Assembly: GCF_902713615.1 (NCBI RefSeq) | Contig: NC_052163.1 | Span: 51,198,878-51,262,877, forward strand | DNA length: 64,000 nucleotides | DNA from: Scyliorhinus canicula | Lineage: Eukaryota | Direction of reading: 5' to 3' | Shown here: one piece after another, positions 22,886-36,135 of the stretch | Layout of the letters: each line of letters opens with the position of its first letter | Position numbering within the stretch: the first letter of the stretch is position 1 | Position numbers and translations under genes: made by a program | The notes under the pieces: model-generated | What the model saw: the letters and a program-made list of their open reading frames with translations, nothing else | What the model was told of the DNA's origin: nothing | The model's database searches: none

Positions 22886-23539
22886 AGAGGTACAGTGTCC
22901 GCCAACTCAACATTCCCCACACCACACCGTCCCTTCGCTGTTCATCCTATTCCCCCTCCCACCCTCCATGGGTCTATGTGACATGACATCACCCAGGCTA
23001 ACCTGCAACGCTGGTGACCCCTGTGGAAAGTTTGGGGCACAACGTACAAGCCATGAGTGGTGGTGCCCAAGGCGTGGCACAGTCTGTGACGACCATGGCT
23101 GAGGGCCTCAATATCATGTCCCATTCGCTGAGGGATATGTCCCAGATACTGATGAACATCGTTGAGGCTCTGCGATGGGCCTGTGTTGGCACTGTCAGCA
23201 AATCACTATGCACGGCATGAGGGTGATGACTACTTGCTGTGAAGAAGGCTGTGGTATGCCCCAGGACCTGATAAGTCTGACTTCTGTCTTTCTGCTGACA
23301 GCGCACCGACTCCCATCCTTACGCCTGAGTGTCAGTGACACTGTATTTTGGACCATAATTAGGGTGGAGGGGACATCAGTGTCCAGTGAGTGACAAGGAT
23401 TGCATTCCAGGATGTCCGTCACTGTGAATTTCATGTGTTTTCGCTGGTGGTATTTCTTGTGGGTCTGTGGCAGGAAACAAGTCCAGATGGGGATAGATTA
23501 CTGATGATTACTAACCTCACCCATGCCCACTGAGTGCTC

Positions 23540-24717
23540 CTATAACGTATTAATCTTCCATGGTCTAGTGCTCCTTCTAGGTGTCTCCCCAGGATGCGCA
23601 TCAGAGGTGAAAGTTGTTGCCTTCTGTGCCCTGTGGCCTTTGATGCCCTTGCTGATCTTCCTTTGGAGGGCCTCGAGGGCTAACCTATGGATGCCAATGG
23701 TATCGCTATGCCACCCTGTTCTGGCTGCTGCCCTTGAGATGCCCGGTGTCAGGAGGGGGGTGCAGGAGTCCGAGGAATTGGAGACGGCCCGAGTATCTTT
23801 GGTGGAAGGCCCTGGGATGGGTTCCAGTGCTTCCTCCTCTGTGGGGGCGCTCGTGGACCCCTGGATGACTCCATGGGATAGAGAGACAGCTGGAGTGAGC
23901 TCCAGAAGCCTATGTGTTATTTGGCGCTGCCAGTCCTGGAGGCCCATCATTGTCTGAACCATTGCCTCGAAGACGTCAGCGATGATCTTCTGTGACTGGG
24001 CCATGTTCTGGAGAGCCACAACGATGTGCACCTGTATCTGGGACATATCCCTCAGCGAATGGGACATGATGTTGAGGCCCTCAGCCATGGTCGTCACAGA
24101 CTGTGCCATGCCTTGGACACCACCACTCATGGCTCATACGTCGTGCCCCAAGCTTTCCGCAGGGGTCGCCAACGTTGCAGGTTAGCCTGGGTGCCATGCA
24201 ATGCTTGAATCATCTGCGCCTGAAGCCTTTGGGACTCCTCAAATCAGACCTGCAGTTGCAGGGGTGTCGCTGACAGCCCCTCCTGAATCTCACGACTCTG
24301 ACTTATCATCTCTAGCAGCACCTGAGAGAACCTTGTCCAAAGGCTTTACATTTCACTGGGGCCAGCTGTGTCCTGGATCCAGCAGACCTCTGACTGCTGT
24401 ATCTCTTGGAAGTTCCTGCCTCCACCTGATGTGCATCGGAAGCTGTGTGGTGCTTACTGATAGTGATCCAGAAGCTTGGCAGGACTGATGCCAGCTGGAG
24501 AGTGATGGTGACTTAACCTTCTGCTCAAAAGAGGTCAGTCATCTTCTTCCTACATTGGACAAGCGGTCCTCCAGGTGATGCTGTTGGCACTAACTGCAGC
24601 TGCCACTGCTTCCCAGGTAGAGTTTGTCACAGTGGCCTTGGGCCTCTCTTCCAGGGCATCCAGAAGTCTGGTAAGCTCTGCATCCAGAAATCGCGGAGCA
24701 GGTCTCCACGCTGCCAT
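23540..24717 (-). pseudogene. Harbinger Myb/SANT-like gene remnant, convergent with the transposase
   Basis: N-terminus MAAWRPAPRFLDAELTRLLDALEER..WEAVAAAVSA..RT is typical of Harbinger Myb proteins. A downstream heptad-rich ORF lies at 23540-24130. Confidence 0.75.
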
Positions 24718-24834
24718 CCTCTTGGCTTGACTTGGAGTGAGTGCGGAGGTACTGTTTAAATGTTGCTCCTTCTTGTTAGCAGTGAAGAGCTGAGCCCCGA
24801 ATTGGATACGATTCCTGCCCAAAATGACACTTAG

Positions 24835-25128
24835 TGGGGCAGTAGGGGTTGGATCCCCCCTGCGTCCCCCCGAAGACCAGCCCAGCCAACTTACCTGTCA
24901 GGTCCCACCGTGTAGACCATGTCCAATCCACGCCGGCGGGACTGGCCAGAAACCGACGGCCGCTCAGCCCATCGGGCCCCGGAGAATTGTCGACAGGCCG
25001 CTGCCAACGGCTCCTGACCGTCGTGGTGTGAACCCCGCCCGAAAGCTGGTGCCGGAGAATACAGCGGCCGGCGTCGCCCCCCCCCGGGGATTCTCAGACC
25101 AGATGGCGGGGGTCAGAGAATCCCGCCC
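24835..25128. mobile_element. MITE-type terminal segment abutting the Harbinger Myb gene
   Basis: Homologous to the right ends of the 21558 and 29367 elements; ends gagaatcccgccc. Confidence 0.75.
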
Positions 25129-26046
25129 TATGTCTATGTCTAGTCATTGTTTGGGAGAATAGTGCTCATTGTTGAAGAGAAAGAAAGACTACCTTCCACA
25201 TCTAACCATGCTGCACCTAATTTGGGAATGTTATAAAGGTGGCTAAAAGCTAGATTTTCCATTCCACAGCACCGGCATCCTCCACCCTGATTTAAAAAAA
25301 CACACCCAAAAACACAATGCATACACATCTTTGTACTTAAATTTGTTTATAAAAGGTATTTTCTTGAAAAGCAAGCCATGCACACAGAAAGAGGCCATTT
25401 TACTCTCATCAGCTCAGCCAGTAAGGTCAAATTCATTGTTATCTAAAAGTTAACTCGGGAAATATAAACAAATTCTTCTCTTAAATGTTTTCTAAGTTCT
25501 AGTCTATTACTGTTTGTATTTGATATATAGACTCAATCACGATTGATGGCAAAATGGTTAACTTAGTCTGTTAAAGTTGAAATAATTCAACAAGTAAACA
25601 AAAGTCTGTTCAAAAACTCTCATACAGCTTCATTCAGCTCACTGAGATCAATACTACCTCGTTAAACTTACAGAAATCATTTAAGACTGATGATTAGATA
25701 ATGTCTAACTGCATTAAAGAACCGTTCGCAGGAGTTTAATACAATCAGCATTTGCTCAAGAAAGTGCCAACAGCTGCAAGATTTTACTGAAATAACTTAA
25801 CCTATGGTAAGTCTTCTTTTAATCCCCCCCCCCCCCCCCCCCCCCCCCCCAACACTTCCTTGCCAGTTTTGACGATTGATTTTCTGTCAGGGTATGGTTC
25901 CCAAGGCAGTCATTGTTCTCTGACCATGCCTAGAGGCTGTGATTCATGAAACCCTCAATGGTGAGTCCAAGCAGAATACGTACTTATGAGGAGGGCACCA
26001 TAGCCAAGTTTGATTCTTTCCTCACCTGATATCTGCACACACCTAC

Positions 26047-27042
26047 TGTTAAGATCTCAGTGGAGACCAACAAAATAAAAACAAAATTAAACCTCTCATT
26101 AGCTGCTAACAGGATGACTGAACCAGATTTCACATGTTAAGACTTTTACTGTAACAAAACACTAAAAGAACTATTGACTATACATCTTCTCTGCAGGCAA
26201 CTTATACTTTAAAACACAAAACAGAACATTCCCCGTTTTCTTATGACAACGGGAAACACACTTTGAAGATATATTCTATGCTGCCCTTTAAGTGGGCATT
26301 CAAATTACCCAGAAAAAAACAGAGGTGATTGTTAGCACCTGAGGCTTTATTTCGGTTCTGTTACTTTCTCAACCTCAGAACATTTAATCTCACAACTGTC
26401 TTTCAAAGTGAGGTTTCTCCCCTCACCCCAGAGGTTCTTCCTCTTGTGTAAGCTAGGCAAATCTTCCAGCCTCATTTAACTCATCATGAATTTAGACTTT
26501 TCAATCTGAGTGCAAGCTACCACCCACATTCCTGGGTGGAGAACCACAATGTCTCACTCCTTTCCCTCTCCTGGATCCTAATAGACTATCTAAGACTGTG
26601 AGCTTTCCAGGATATATCAGATCCATCTGCCACCTCTCAAAGCCCATGTCTGTGGCAAAGTGAATCATATGGGCTTTTATCCAGATAGAATTGTTGATTA
26701 GATATACTTGAGATCCCAATGCTCTTTTACCTTGGAAGTAAATGGACAGTTTAAAGCACAACTGTTTATAACCCACAATTCTCAACACTTCTCTGGAACT
26801 TTGGAGACCCACAGTCTATCCATTGTTTTCACACAGGTTGCTGCCACTGTCTCCAACAGTGTAAATACCTTGCACTTTCTTCCCAGAAACACAATCTAGG
26901 CCCCCTTTGATCTTTAACAATCAAACCACCCAGGCTATTTGTCAGACAGATTTCAGAACAGGACACATGACCCTTCATTTTACCTTAAATTAAAGACATA
27001 GCCCCAAAATGCAATGATCGTATAAACCTCATAATTGTAACA
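26047..27042 (-). mobile_element. Solo LTR (about 1.0 kb)
   Basis: TGTTA...TAACA inverted termini with 4-bp flanks ctac/ctat. Orientation is tentative. Confidence 0.65.
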
Positions 27043-28644
27043 CTATGGTCGTGGTTTCTGGATAATGGCGGCATTTGGAACCCTGATGTATTTTTCCTTA
27101 CGCAGCACAGCAGCACACGTACCATTATTTCAGCTGAGATCAGAGAGTGATCAAACCTGATACCATAATGGTCAATGCCCCTTGCATGGGATACAGAATG
27201 TCTTGTGACATCAAATCAGTGCGGCAATCACACAATAATCCATTTACATCTGCATAACAAATGGTTTTCCATGAAAGTGAAATGAAAGAATCAGGATTAT
27301 ACTCACATGTACCTTGTATATAAAGGAGGAATGAATAAAATTGCTGTGTTAGATATTCAATGCTTGAATAAGCATCTGGGATGCAAAATTTAATATGGAA
27401 AATAGTGAAATGATGCACAGGGGGAAAAAAGAGCTGCATTAATACTTCATGAATAATGTTGAAATAGCTAAGAGTGAAGCTGATAGAGAGTTAGATTTGA
27501 TGTTTTCAGATTGTTTCATTGCAGAGAAACAACCCACAAAGCAAATAATTCATCTAGCCAGAACATTCCTCGAGTACTACACACCGTTCTGGGTCAGGGA
27601 GACATTCAAGTCATGGAGGCAGTTCATAGAAGAACCACAAAACTGAATTTTATTATCAGCGTACAATTTATGAAGAAAGATTGCAGAAAACTTCTGCTTT
27701 TAGCCTTGAAAATAATTGATCTGAAAGGTATATGAGTCTTGATTTTATGGGGTGCCATGGCCCCCACTCCATGACTAAAAAGTCGTCTGGCTCTCTCCCA
27801 TGACCCTGATGGCCATCCCACAGCAATTTAATGCTGGGAGCAGTGTTCATTACTTTAAGGCAAAACTTCTGCCCCTTTCTTTGAATGAAGCCCTCCATTA
27901 GAGGGCTGCCACACAATCCAATTGGCCAGCACATCTGTAGTCCTTGCAGTGCCATCAGAAGCCACTGCTGGGGCTGCAAGCAGTCTCCAATCCTGAGGAG
28001 TCCGAATCGACAGATAAGTCTAAGCCTAGCGGTCATTGCGAGGGGCGTGAGTGGCGATTCGAGGCATGTGTGGGTGGAGAAACTGGAGGACCCGGTTCAA
28101 GAGTCAAGAGACCAAGGCTAAAGAGGGGATGAAATTTTGGGTCGATGGGTATTGCATGTGTGATTCTGAGGGGCTACCTGGCGAGATCCAGAATAGGATG
28201 GGAATAGAGGGTTACGGACACCGGAAGTGTAGAAGATTTTAGTTTCGACAGGCAGCATGGTTGGCGCAGGCTTGGAGGACCAAAGGGCCTATTCCTGTGC
28301 TGTACTTTTCTTTGTTATTTGTTCTTTGTTCTATTCCTAACTTATGTGTCCTCCCCATCCTTGTACAACACCAGTTAAACCTGTTAACCATCCCGCATAG
28401 CGTGGGCCTCATCCGGCAATGAGTAAAAAACCATCTGGGTTAGGATGAGGCCTTTAAGAGTCCAATAAGTGGCCACTTAGGGCCTCAACATTTCCATGGA
28501 TAGGCAGGCAACCCTTGCACTCATTAAATCTCTGACTGGTCGGGTGTGCAGGCAGGCAGTGGGAAGACCGCCTGCTGGGTTTTATGTAGCTCCACCCAAT
28601 CTTCTAACCTGTCAGCAGGAGGAGTATCACATCTCGCCCAGAAT

Positions 28645-31470
28645 ATCATAAAGAATGTGGAAAGAGTAAATTGGAAACAATTAAACTATGACTAAAAGAT
28701 GATTTAGAAAAACAAGAGATAAAGAGAACCTGTAGATGTGGTATACTTGGACTTCCAAAAGGCATTTGGAAAGGTGCTATGTCAAAGGTTACTACACAAA
28801 ATAAGAGCTTCTGGTGTAGAGTGTAACATATTAGCATAGATAAACAATTGGTTAACTAACAGGAAACAGAGGAGGAAGAAATGGTTCTTTTTTCAGGTTG
28901 GCAAGCTGTAGCTACTGGACACCCATGGGGACCAGTGCTGGGGCCTCAGCTATTTACAATCTATATCAACAGTTTGAATGAAGGTACCGAATGCATAGCC
29001 GCTAAATTTAGTGATAACACCAAGATAGGTACAAAATTAAATTGTTGAGAGGAGATACAGAGTCTATGAAGGGATATGGAGAGGTTAAGTGAGTGGCAAA
29101 AATTTGGCAGATGAAGTAGGAAAATGTGAACTCATTCACTTTGGCAGGAAGAATAAAAAAGCAGTAAACTATTTAAAAACAGAGAGATATTGCAAAACCC
29201 GGAACTACAGATGGATCTGAGTGTCTTGCTGCATGAATCACAATAGGTCGGGAAACAGGTGCAAACGATTCAGAAGGCAAATGGAATGTTGATGCTTATT
29301 GCAAGGGGAATTGAATATAAAAGCAGGAAACTTTTACTGTAACTGTAAAGGGGTTTGGTGAGACTATGGCCGGGATTCTCCCCTGCCCGGCGGGGCGGGG
29401 GGTCCTGGCGTAGTGTAGTGGCGGCAACCACTCCGGATTCCGCACCTTTAGGGGCTAAGCCCGTGCCGGAATGGTTTCCGCCACGCCGACTGGCACCAAA
29501 GCCGGCGCCAACGGCCTTTGACGCACGCCACCCGCCGTCGGCTCTGGCCAAAAGGCCTTCGCCGGTTCACGCATGCAGCGGTGCATCAGCGGCCGCTGAC
29601 GTCACCACCGGCGCATGCGCGGTAGGGGGGGTCTCTTCCGCCTCCGCCATGGTAGAAGGCGTGGCAGCGGTGGAAGAAAAAGAGTGCCCCCACGGCACTG
29701 GCCCGCCCGCCAATCGATGGGCCCCGATCGGGGGCCAGGCCACCGTGGGGGCACCCCCCGGGGTCTGATCACCCCGCGCCCCCCCCAGGACCCCGGGGAT
29801 CAGCTCGCACCGCCAATCCCGCCGGCACCAGAGGTGCTCCAATTCCCGCCGGCGGGAGAGGCCTGTCAGCAGTGGGACTTTGGCCCATCGCGGGCCGGAG
29901 AATCGCCATGGGGGGCACGCCGATCGACGGGGCGTGATTCCCGCTCCCGCCGATTCCCGGGTGGCGGAGAATTCTGGCCACAGCGGGGGCCGGATTTACG
30001 CCGGCCCCGGGCGTTTCCCCGACCCTGCGGGGGGTCGGAGGATTCCGCCCTCTATATCTGAAATACTGTGTACAATTTTAGTCTCCTTATGTGAAAAAAG
30101 GATTCAGTTGCATTAGAGTTCCTCATGGTGCTGTCCAACCATCTTCAGCTGCTTCATCAATGAACTTCCTTCCAACATAAGGTCAGATGTGGGAATGTTC
30201 ACTGATGATTGAAAAATGTTCAGACACTGAAGCAGTCCATGTGCAAATGCAGCAAGACCTGGACAATAGCCAGGCTTGGGCTGACGAATAACGATTACGC
30301 CACACAAGTGCCAGGCAATGGCTATGTCCAATAACAGAGAATCAAACTATTGCCCCGTGACATTCAATGGCATTACCATCACTAAACCCCCCCCACTATC
30401 AACAACCTGGGGGTTACCATTTACCAGAAATTGAACTGGACTAGCCAGATAAATACAGTGGCTATCAGCACAGGTCAGAGGCAAGGAATCTTGCAGCAAG
30501 TAACTCACCTCCTGACTCCCCAAAGCCTATTCACCACCTACAAGGCACAAGACAGGAGTGTGATGGTATATTCCCCACTTGCCTGGATGAGTGCAGCTCC
30601 AACAACACTCAAGAAGCTCAACACCATCCAGGACAAAGCAGCACGCTTGATTAGTGCCCTTTCCATAAACATTCACTCCCTCCACCACCGGAGCACAGTA
30701 GCTGCAGTGTGTACAAGATGTATTGCAGGAATTCACAAAGACTCCTTTTGCAGCACCTTCATAACCCATGACCATTGCCATCCAGAAGGACAAGGGCAGC
30801 AGATACATGAGAACCCCACTAAATCATTCATCATCCTGACTTGGAAATATATCGCCATTCCTTCACTGTCGCTGTGTCAAAATCCTGGCACCCCCTCCAC
30901 ATGGAGTGCAGTATTTCAAGAAGGTAGCTCACCATCATCTTCTCAAGGGCAATTAGGGATGGGCAACAGGGTAGCACAAGTGGATAGCACTGTGGCTTCA
31001 CAGCACCAGGGTCCCAGGTTCGATTCCCCACTGGGTCACTGTCTGTGTGGAGTCTGCACGTTCTCCCCATGTCTGCATGGGTTTCCTCTGGGTGCTCTGG
31101 TTTCCTCCCACAGTCCAAAGACGTGCAGGTTAGGTGGATTGGCCATGATACATTGCCCTTAGTGACCAAAAAAGGTTAGGATGGGTTATTGGGTTACAGG
31201 GATAGGGTGGAAGTGAGGGCTTAAGTGGGTCGGTGCAGACTCGATGGGCCGAATGGCCTCCTTCTGCACTGTATGTACTATGTAACTATGTAACAAACGC
31301 TGACCTAGCCAGCGAAGGCCAAATCCCGTAAACATCAATTTTTTAAAAAGCAGTTCAGGGAAGATTCACTCGATCCATTCCTGAGTTGGTAGGAGTATCC
31401 TATGAAGAAAGGTTGCCATTTTGGACCTTTTCCCAATGGATTTAGAAGAAGAGGATTGATCTTCTTGAAA
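28645..31470 (+). mobile_element. Old CR1 RT remnant hosting nested insertions: MITE 29367-30051, a second LINE about 30115-31345, and a SINE 30960-31292
   Basis: VLGPQLFTIYIN and KFxDxTK motifs. The LVRxxLxYCVQF motif is split exactly by the MITE. The inner LINE encodes YKAQDRSVMVYSPLAW..KLNTIQDKAARLI. Confidence 0.8.
29367..30051. mobile_element. Complete GC-rich MITE, PIF/Harbinger-type
   Basis: Imperfect TIRs ggccgggattctcc / ggaggattccgccc. CTA is duplicated at 29364-29366 and 30052-30054. Removing the element restores the host CR1 sequence gagactatatctg. Confidence 0.85.
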
Positions 31471-33604
31471 TGTAGAGCCTGGATTCTCCATTTGGAGATC
31501 TCCCGCCACAGTACAATCGCTCCTGGTCTGCGCCTGTGCTAGGACTGGCGCCCAAGAGTGATTTACTCTCTCCTGTCATGCTAATTTATGCATGATGGGG
31601 AGCCCTGGGATTTCATTCTGAATCCCGCTATCGGGCCACCGATACCGAGGTCTGGCAGCTAGCCCCCTCCCCCCACAAAAATATTATGCCCCCCTTCCCT
31701 CCTCCATTGATAATTAGGTCATCCTCCATCCTCCTCCCCCCCCCCCCCCCCCCCCACCACCAACATGGGAATTGCTGAGTTACCCTCCCCACCCCTAAAC
31801 AGCATGCATACATGAGGATGCCCCAACCCCCCCCCCCACCCCCCACCCCACCACGCTGACCCTCCACCAGAGATCCCATTTCAAAGGGAAATATAAACAT
31901 CTCGGTGACAAGTGCTTTCACTTCCTCTTTTTCTCAGCCGTAAGCACTGAACTACTTTTGATCTGGTGACAACCTGTCAATCCATAGAACCATAGAATTG
32001 CTACAGTGCAGAAGGAGGCCATTCAGCCCATCGAGTCTGCACTAGCCCTCTCAAAGAGCACCCTACTTAGCCCCACTCCCCTACACTATCCCTGTAACCC
32101 CACCTAACCTGCACATCTTTGGACATGAAGGGGCAATTTAGCATGACCAATCCATCTAACCTGCACATCTTTGGATGGTGGGAGGAAACCGGAGCCACTT
32201 TCAATTGCTGACAAAACTTCCAAACTGCACGGAAATGTGTTGTGTGTGATAAGCTCATTTCAAACTTCATTAATTAAAAAGCCTATTAATTGTTGCATCA
32301 AATGCTGATGTCTGTTAAGTAATTATGCAGGTGAGGTACAATTGTCTGCATTGAGTATGGCATCGTCGACTAAAATTATCGCTTGTGGATAAAACAGTGT
32401 TGCCTCTGTCCAGTCAGCGCTATCTCTAACAGGTTTAGTTCAACAGATGTTAAACTAGCTTCTGTCAGCACAAAGCAATTTAGACTCGCGAACTTCAAAG
32501 GTTTTAACATGAGCAAAAGTGCTCATCGGCTCTTCACTAAAACTAAAACATTAACTGGCATTCAGATTCTGGTGAGCTCCAGATTCTGGTGCATGAAATT
32601 TGCTTTGCCTGGTCAAAGAATAATGCAGAAATGACTATCTCAATCAGCACTTCCAACTACACACTGCTGTCAGTACACAATGATCTGAAAGTGTCACTAA
32701 CTGTATCGTAGCACTATTACAGTTATCAACAGTTCTGTCCTCTGTATTATGAGGTACTGGGATAGCATGTCGGCAAGCCATAGCAGTCATGATGGACACA
32801 AAAGACCCAAAGTGCACCAAAGCAACATAATTTGCCAATTGTGTACGTTACAGAAATAAATTATGCTCGGAATCTGGGGGGCTGTAAACGACTTCATGTT
32901 TTGTGGTCGGAGCGCTTGATTGTTATAATTAAAAGCTTTTAAGTGTGTTAACATTTGTGTAAAGGCTTCACAGAATTGCTTGTTTCTTGTACAATTGGGC
33001 AGAACATTGGGTGATTCTGATATTAAAGAGTTAATCCTCATGATCTCTATCGAAGGCTATCTCTTGAGAAATGCAAGGCGTACACGCAGTCTGGTACAGT
33101 CAGGTGTAACTAATTAGCATCCTTGCACCAACTGGAGCTCAGGGACTGTCAACACTGCAGATCGAAGAGAACTGATGTGTCATAGTTGGTGGACAGGGAT
33201 CCCTTAATGAGGCCTTGAAAGATAGCTTGTTATTAGAATCTTGTCGCCTCCTCATGATTTAGGCAGTGGGAAGCAAAAAGGAGAGCAGAGGTAATTGCAA
33301 ATGTTTTAAACTAAAACTTATTTCTGATGCATGCCTGCTCAGTTGGATGATAGATGTGAGTGTGAACCACAGGACTGGATTCATCACCTTGAATGGTCAT
33401 GTCACTCTGAGTGGACCTCGTGCGTGATATTTTAAGGAATTCCGGGTCAGTCCTCGACCACAAATTGGAAGGTTAGAGGGGCGCTAGTTAATCCTTGGAT
33501 GTGCAGAGACTATTGAAAGAGAATAAGGTTAATGTTCTTTGAGCCTTCAGATCAAAGATTGTTTCAAAAAAACTGTGGCGACACAGCAGGGCATTAAAGA
33601 ACGT

Positions 33605-34320
33605 GAAAGGAAAACAGAAAGAGCTGGGAAAACTCAGTCAGTCTGACAACACGTGTGGAGAGTTAACACTTCCCATCCAATGTGACTCTTCTTTGAAGAA
33701 CAGCAGCTGGTGATCCATGGAGCAAACACCATGGACACCACATTAAAAAACTCTCATAGCATCCATAATATAGACATAGGTTGTTCCAGTGAAACGCAGC
33801 GCAACTGGAGGAACAACACCTCATCTTCCGATCAGGCATGTTACAGCCTTCCGGACTTAACATTGAGTTCAACAACTTCCGACTGTGACCACTCTCTTCC
33901 ACTTTCACCCATTTTTATTTCTATTAATTCATTTTCATTTCTTCCATCGATCTGTTTTCCCTCACTATTTCCCCCTCCCACCATCCCACCTCACTAGGGC
34001 CATCTGTTCCCGGTTCCTAGTTGTCCTTTGACACACTGCTTACCTTTGTTCTGTCATTCATATATTCTGATCTCTTAATGTGCACTATCAGCACCCTTCT
34101 TAGTCTTGATCACCACCATTTACATTCTCTTTCAGTCCACAACATCTTTGTCAATCTCCACTAATCGCTAGCCCCCCCCCCCTAACAAAAGTATAAATCT
34201 GATCCTATTTCCACTTCTCTCTAGCTTTGACAGAGTCATCCAAACTTGAAATGTGAGCTCCTTCCTCTCTCCACAGATGCTGTCAGACCTGCTGAGATTG
34301 TTTAGTATTTTCCATTTTTG
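33605..34320 (+). mobile_element. Penelope-like element 3' end with an inverted terminal copy
   Basis: LEEQHLIFR..LQPSGLNIEFN (GIY-YIG C-terminus) at 33803-33880. Segment 33610-33670 is a diverged reverse complement of 34250-34320. Confidence 0.75.
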
Positions 34321-34494
34321 AAACAGACACTACCGAGCCTTAATTCTCACCCAATATCTTTGGACTGTCATACAGTTTGAAGATAGCCACTGTATATGAG
34401 ACCTAGACATGAAGAGTAAATTGCATTCTAAATGTCTAATGCAAAGAAAGCGATAAAAACAAAGAATTGTCGTACACCAGTCAAAGAATATTGG

Positions 34495-34995
34495 ATTTGG
34501 ATTTTGTTTACTGTCACGTGTACCAAGGTACAGTGAAAAGTATTTTTCTGCGAGCAGCTCAACCGATCATTAAGTCCGTGAAAAGAAGAAAATAAAAGAA
34601 AATACATAATAGGGCAACACAAGGTACACAATATAACTACATAACACCAGCATCCGGTGAAGCATACAGGGGTGTAGTGTTAATGAGGTCAGTCCATATG
34701 AGGGTCATTTAGGAGTCTGGTAACAACGGTGAAAAAGCTGTTTTTGAGTCTGTTCATGTGTGTTCTCAGACTTTTGCCCGATGGAAGAAGTTGGAAGACT
34801 GAGTAAGCCGGGTGGGAAGGGTCTTTGATTATGCTGCCCACTTTCCACAGACAGCGGGAGGTGTAGATGGAGTCAATGGATGGGAGGCAGGTTTGTGTGA
34901 TGGACTGGGCTGTGTTCATGACTCGCTGAAGTTTCTTGCGGTTTTGGGCCGAGCAGTTGCGATACCAGGCTGTGATGCAGCCAGATGCTTTCTAT
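34495..34995 (-). mobile_element. Rex1/Babar-like LINE 3' fragment (a second fragment, 52600-52905 on +, lies inside a SINE)
   Basis: LPSIDSIYTSRC..IIKDPSHPA..FQLLPSG..RLKNSFF..RLLN, with an (ATCCAA)n tail. Confidence 0.8.
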
Positions 34996-35535
34996 GAATT
35001 ACAACAAGGATTTTACACAACTCTGTGGCATGTTTTGCAGCAGCAGATGAGCCCGCCACTGGTGGGCTGTGGGTTCTTCCAGTCCAACCGCTGTCAATGA
35101 ATTATCCCGTTATTTGCACCTTCTGCCACCAGGCAACCCAATGCAGTTATCACTGTCAGGAAGATCCAGCTGGAGGGAATGGCTGGAAAATTTAGCTAAA
35201 TTCAATAAAATCCAGTCAGGAAGGTTGAAATTTTCCAGCCCTTCCCGCTGACGGTATCTTCCATTTCTGCCGATGGCGACCCCTGCAGCGAGTTGCCCGG
35301 CATACAAAAACCCAATGATATCGGCGGGACTGGAAGATGGCATTAGTCAATGGTGGGCCACCTCTCCAGCCAGAACATATGCTGTAGGTGGACAAGGAAA
35401 CCCCACACTAACGTGAGGGATTTAGTGGTCATATTTGTTAATTAGATAAATAAAGATTATCCTATATATGCAAGCAATAGCCTATCTCGTGTCGAATTCA
35501 ACCCCTCCAAAAGTCCTTCATTTTTCATATATCCT

Positions 35536-36135
35536 GGGCGCGATTCACTGATCTTGGGACTAAGTGTCCGCGCCGTCGTGAATCCCGTCGCGTTTCACGA
35601 CGGTGCGAAACAGGCGCAGGCAGTAGAGATTCTGGCGGACTAGGGGTGGCGCCAACCCGCGCATGCGCAGTTGTGAAGCGCCAACCAACGCATGCGCGGT
35701 AGACTCATGGAACACTCCGGCCCCGACGCAGCATGGCGCGGGGGTTCTGGGGCTGAAGCGCAACAAAGTAGGCCCGGGGGGGAGGGGGGGGGCAGACCCC
35801 ATCGGAAGCCCTCTCTGATGTGGGAGCCCACCTCCCCTGCCCCCCCACAAGCTCCCCTCCCCCCCGACCCTTCGTGCAGAGTTCCCGCCGACAGCGACCA
35901 GGTGTGGACATCGCCGATGGGACTCTGCTTTTTCCGCGCGGCTGCTTGGCCCATTCGGGCCGGAGAATCGGCGACCCGGCCGCGTACAGCGGCCCTCGAC
36001 TGGCGCCGCGCGGAACATGCCAGCGCAAATGGTGCTGATTCTCCGCACCTCGGAAAATCGCGCGCCGGCGTCGGGTCAGCGTGGCACGGTTGCGGCAATT
36101 CTCCGGCCCAGCGCGGGGCTGGGAGAATCCCGCTC
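35536..36135. mobile_element. Complete GC-rich MITE, PIF/Harbinger-type
   Basis: TIRs gggcgcgattc / gaatcccgctc (9 of 11 match). CCT is duplicated at 35533-35535 and 36136-36138. Confidence 0.8.

Noticed and set aside
24885-24905. Recursive splice site ACAG|GTAAGT on the gene strand in the long intron
   Set aside because: It lies in MITE sequence with no polypyrimidine tract upstream.
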